A stretch of DNA of 64,000 nt from Vicinamibacterales bacterium. GTDB lineage: Bacteria > Acidobacteriota > Vicinamibacteria > Vicinamibacterales > CAVVIG01. The notes beneath the pieces were generated by a model. That model searched no databases. It was not told the origin of the DNA and was given only the letters and a program-made list of their open reading frames with translations. Below, one piece after another: positions 62,521-64,000 of this stretch (position 1 is its first letter; every line of letters starts with the position of its first letter). The position numbers and the translations under genes are program-made. The stretch is taken from contig DASXIR010000017.1 of NCBI GenBank assembly GCA_036497895.1, positions 6,899 to 70,898 of the forward strand, given 5' to 3'.

Positions 62521-63678
62521 TCAGACGCTCAGGAACACCCGCCGCCGGTGCAACTCGTTGAGCACTACAGCCCACAGGACGACGTAGACGACGGCATAGG
62601 CGAGTGACGCCGTCTCGGCGCTGACCGCCGGTCGTAACCACGCGACAAATGTGGCGCGATAGATGACGCCCTTGAACGACGCGCCCTGGCCGTTGGTCCA
62701 GCGCGTGAGCAGGCTGTCCAGGCCGACCGAGAGGAAGTACGCGGCGAGCGGATTCCGTCCGAATGCCTTGAACGGCGTCGACCATCGTCGCCACCGTCGC
62801 ACGTCCACCACCCAGTGCAGCAGCGCAAGCAGCTGGGCCCCGAATCCCGCGGAGAACAACGCGAACGAACTGGTCCAGAGGTTCTTGTTGAGCGGGAAGA
62901 CGCGGCCCCACGCCAGACCGGCCAGCATCGCGGTCAGGCCGGCGAGCCAGAGCCACTGCGCCCGCCGTGGGCCCGGTTGGCTCAGCCAATCACCGGCAAA
63001 GACACCGACAAGCGCGGTCACGATCGCCGGAATCGTGCTCAACACGCCTTCTGGATCCCAAACCGGGTTGAGCATGTGATGCCCGAACACCACACGATCG
63101 AGATACGACGCGAGGTTGCCCGCCGGGGTCAGAACGCCGGCACCGATCCCGGGCACGGGGATCAACAGCATCGCCGCCCAGTAGCCGCCGAGCGCCGCGA
63201 TCGCAAACGCCACCTGGCCGCGCAGCGAGACCCGCTCGGTCAGCCACGCGACCACCACATAGACGACGGCGATGCGCTGCAGGACGCCGGGAATCCTGAA
63301 CGTTGCCCAACGCAGCGGTGGCGGAAGCTCGATGGCGTTGAGCACGAGGCCGAGCGCAAACAGGATCGCGGCGCGGCGAACGACGTGGACGCTGGCGCGA
63401 ACGGCCGCGGCATGGCGGCGCGCCAGCGCGAATGGCACCGCCGCCCCCATCGCGAACAGCAGGAACGGAAAGACCAGGTCGGTCGGCGTCCAGCCGTTCC
63501 AGGCCGCGTGGTCGAGCGGCGCGTAGACGTTGTTCCACGTCCCGGGGGTGCTGACCAGGATCATCGCGGCGATCGTCATGCCGCGAAACACGTCCAGCGA
63601 ATCGAGCCGCGAACGCAGCGCCGGCGCGGTGTGGCTACTGATCACAACATGGGCTGCGGCGGCTGGGCAGGACGACAC
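62521..63678 (-). CDS. HGSNAT-like membrane acyltransferase (DUF1624/DUF5009 family)
   Basis: LDSLDVFRGMTIAAMILVSTPGTWNNVYAPLDHAAWNGWTPTDLVFPFLLFAMG, polytopic. Start at ATG 63678 or GTG 63645; both overlap the upstream gene. Confidence 0.7.
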   Translation of the reverse strand: MSSCPAAAAHVVISSHTAPALRSRLDSLDVFRGMTIAAMILVSTPGTWNNVYAPLDHAAWNGWTPTDLVFPFLLFAMGAAVPFALARRHAAAVRASVHVVRRAAILFALGLVLNAIELPPPLRWATFRIPGVLQRIAVVYVVVAWLTERVSLRGQVAFAIAALGGYWAAMLLIPVPGIGAGVLTPAGNLASYLDRVVFGHHMLNPVWDPEGVLSTIPAIVTALVGVFAGDWLSQPGPRRAQWLWLAGLTAMLAGLAWGRVFPLNKNLWTSSFALFSAGFGAQLLALLHWVVDVRRWRRWSTPFKAFGRNPLAAYFLSVGLDSLLTRWTNGQGASFKGVIYRATFVAWLRPAVSAETASLAYAVVYVVLWAVVLNELHRRRVFLSV

Positions 63679-64000
63679 GGGTCGAGGCTGGCCGTGAAAA
63701 CACTTCGTTCGAGCGCGCGAAGCCGTCGAGGAACCAGTCCATGACGTGCATCTGTGTCTCGAAGCGCCGCAGCGCGAGGCGCTTGGCGCGCGCCTCAGCT
63801 GGCGTCAGCGCAAATCGCATCCAGCCCGAAGTGCCACCGCGCAGTCCGGGTGGTGGCGTCAGACGAGGGCCTTCGTCCTCGAACGGCCAGCCGTAGAAGT
63901 GCACGACGTAGTTGATGACGTCGGTCGAAAACTCAGGGTGAACGCGGCGGACGGCGGTCAGCGCGTCGGCGAGGAAGAACCACGCGGCGCAGTGGTCGGG
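63635..64000 (-). CDS. PIG-L/LmbE-family deacetylase, 5'-truncated by the window edge
   Basis: The frame is open from 63904 to nt 64000. The translation begins PDHCAAWFF... (the HPDH-type motif is cut by the edge) and ends ...RRFETQMHVMDWF.... Confidence 0.65.
   Translation of the reverse strand, partial: PDHCAAWFFLADALTAVRRVHPEFSTDVINYVVHFYGWPFEDEGPRLTPPPGLRGGTSGWMRFALTPAEARAKRLALRRFETQMHVMDWFLDGFARSNEVFSRPASTRVVLPSRRSPCCDQ

Noticed and set aside
61187-63744. Plus-strand ORFs of 426 aa (61187-62467) and 309 aa (62815-63744).
   Set aside because: They are antisense to the NanT-like MFS and HGSNAT-like genes. They are hydrophilic and Arg/His/Gln-rich, unlike the coherent TM patterns on the minus strand.

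Overview
This is a gene-dense, visibly GC-rich bacterial chromosomal segment. I call 52 protein-coding genes (the two at the window edges are partial). I found no rRNA or tRNA genes, no CRISPR array, and no transposase, integrase or phage genes. No non-coding gap is longer than about 150 nt. Two ADOP-type duplicated MacB/FtsX permeases and an acidobact_VWFA-type protein suggest Acidobacteriota; this is an inference, not a search result. Most of the window is housekeeping: aroB, proS, tatA-tatC, an S41 C-terminal protease, smc, the translation superoperon rimP-nusA-infB-rbfA-(NrnA-like DHH)-truB-rpsO-pnp, rimO, asnS, an HtrA-family protease, an M24 peptidase and glgP. The less ordinary loci are: (i) a histidine kinase and a sigma-54 NtrC-type regulator separated by three translationally coupled prepilin-type genes plus a secreted coiled-coil protein (2-5572); (ii) an in-frame His/Asn/Gly-rich insertion in the SMC head; (iii) a kinase plus nucleotidyltransferase sugar-salvage-like pair; (iv) a VWFA protein translationally coupled to a PrcB-like protein; (v) a tightly overlapped minus-strand gene string containing a DNPH1-like N-hydrolase; (vi) a PIG-L deacetylase / HGSNAT-like acetyltransferase / NanT-like MFS string at the 3' edge. 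Many long ORFs in the six-frame track are antisense or off-frame artefacts of the high GC content and are rejected. I see no unmistakable novel system or defence island. The findings are ranked candidates and all need database and structure checks that I cannot run here.
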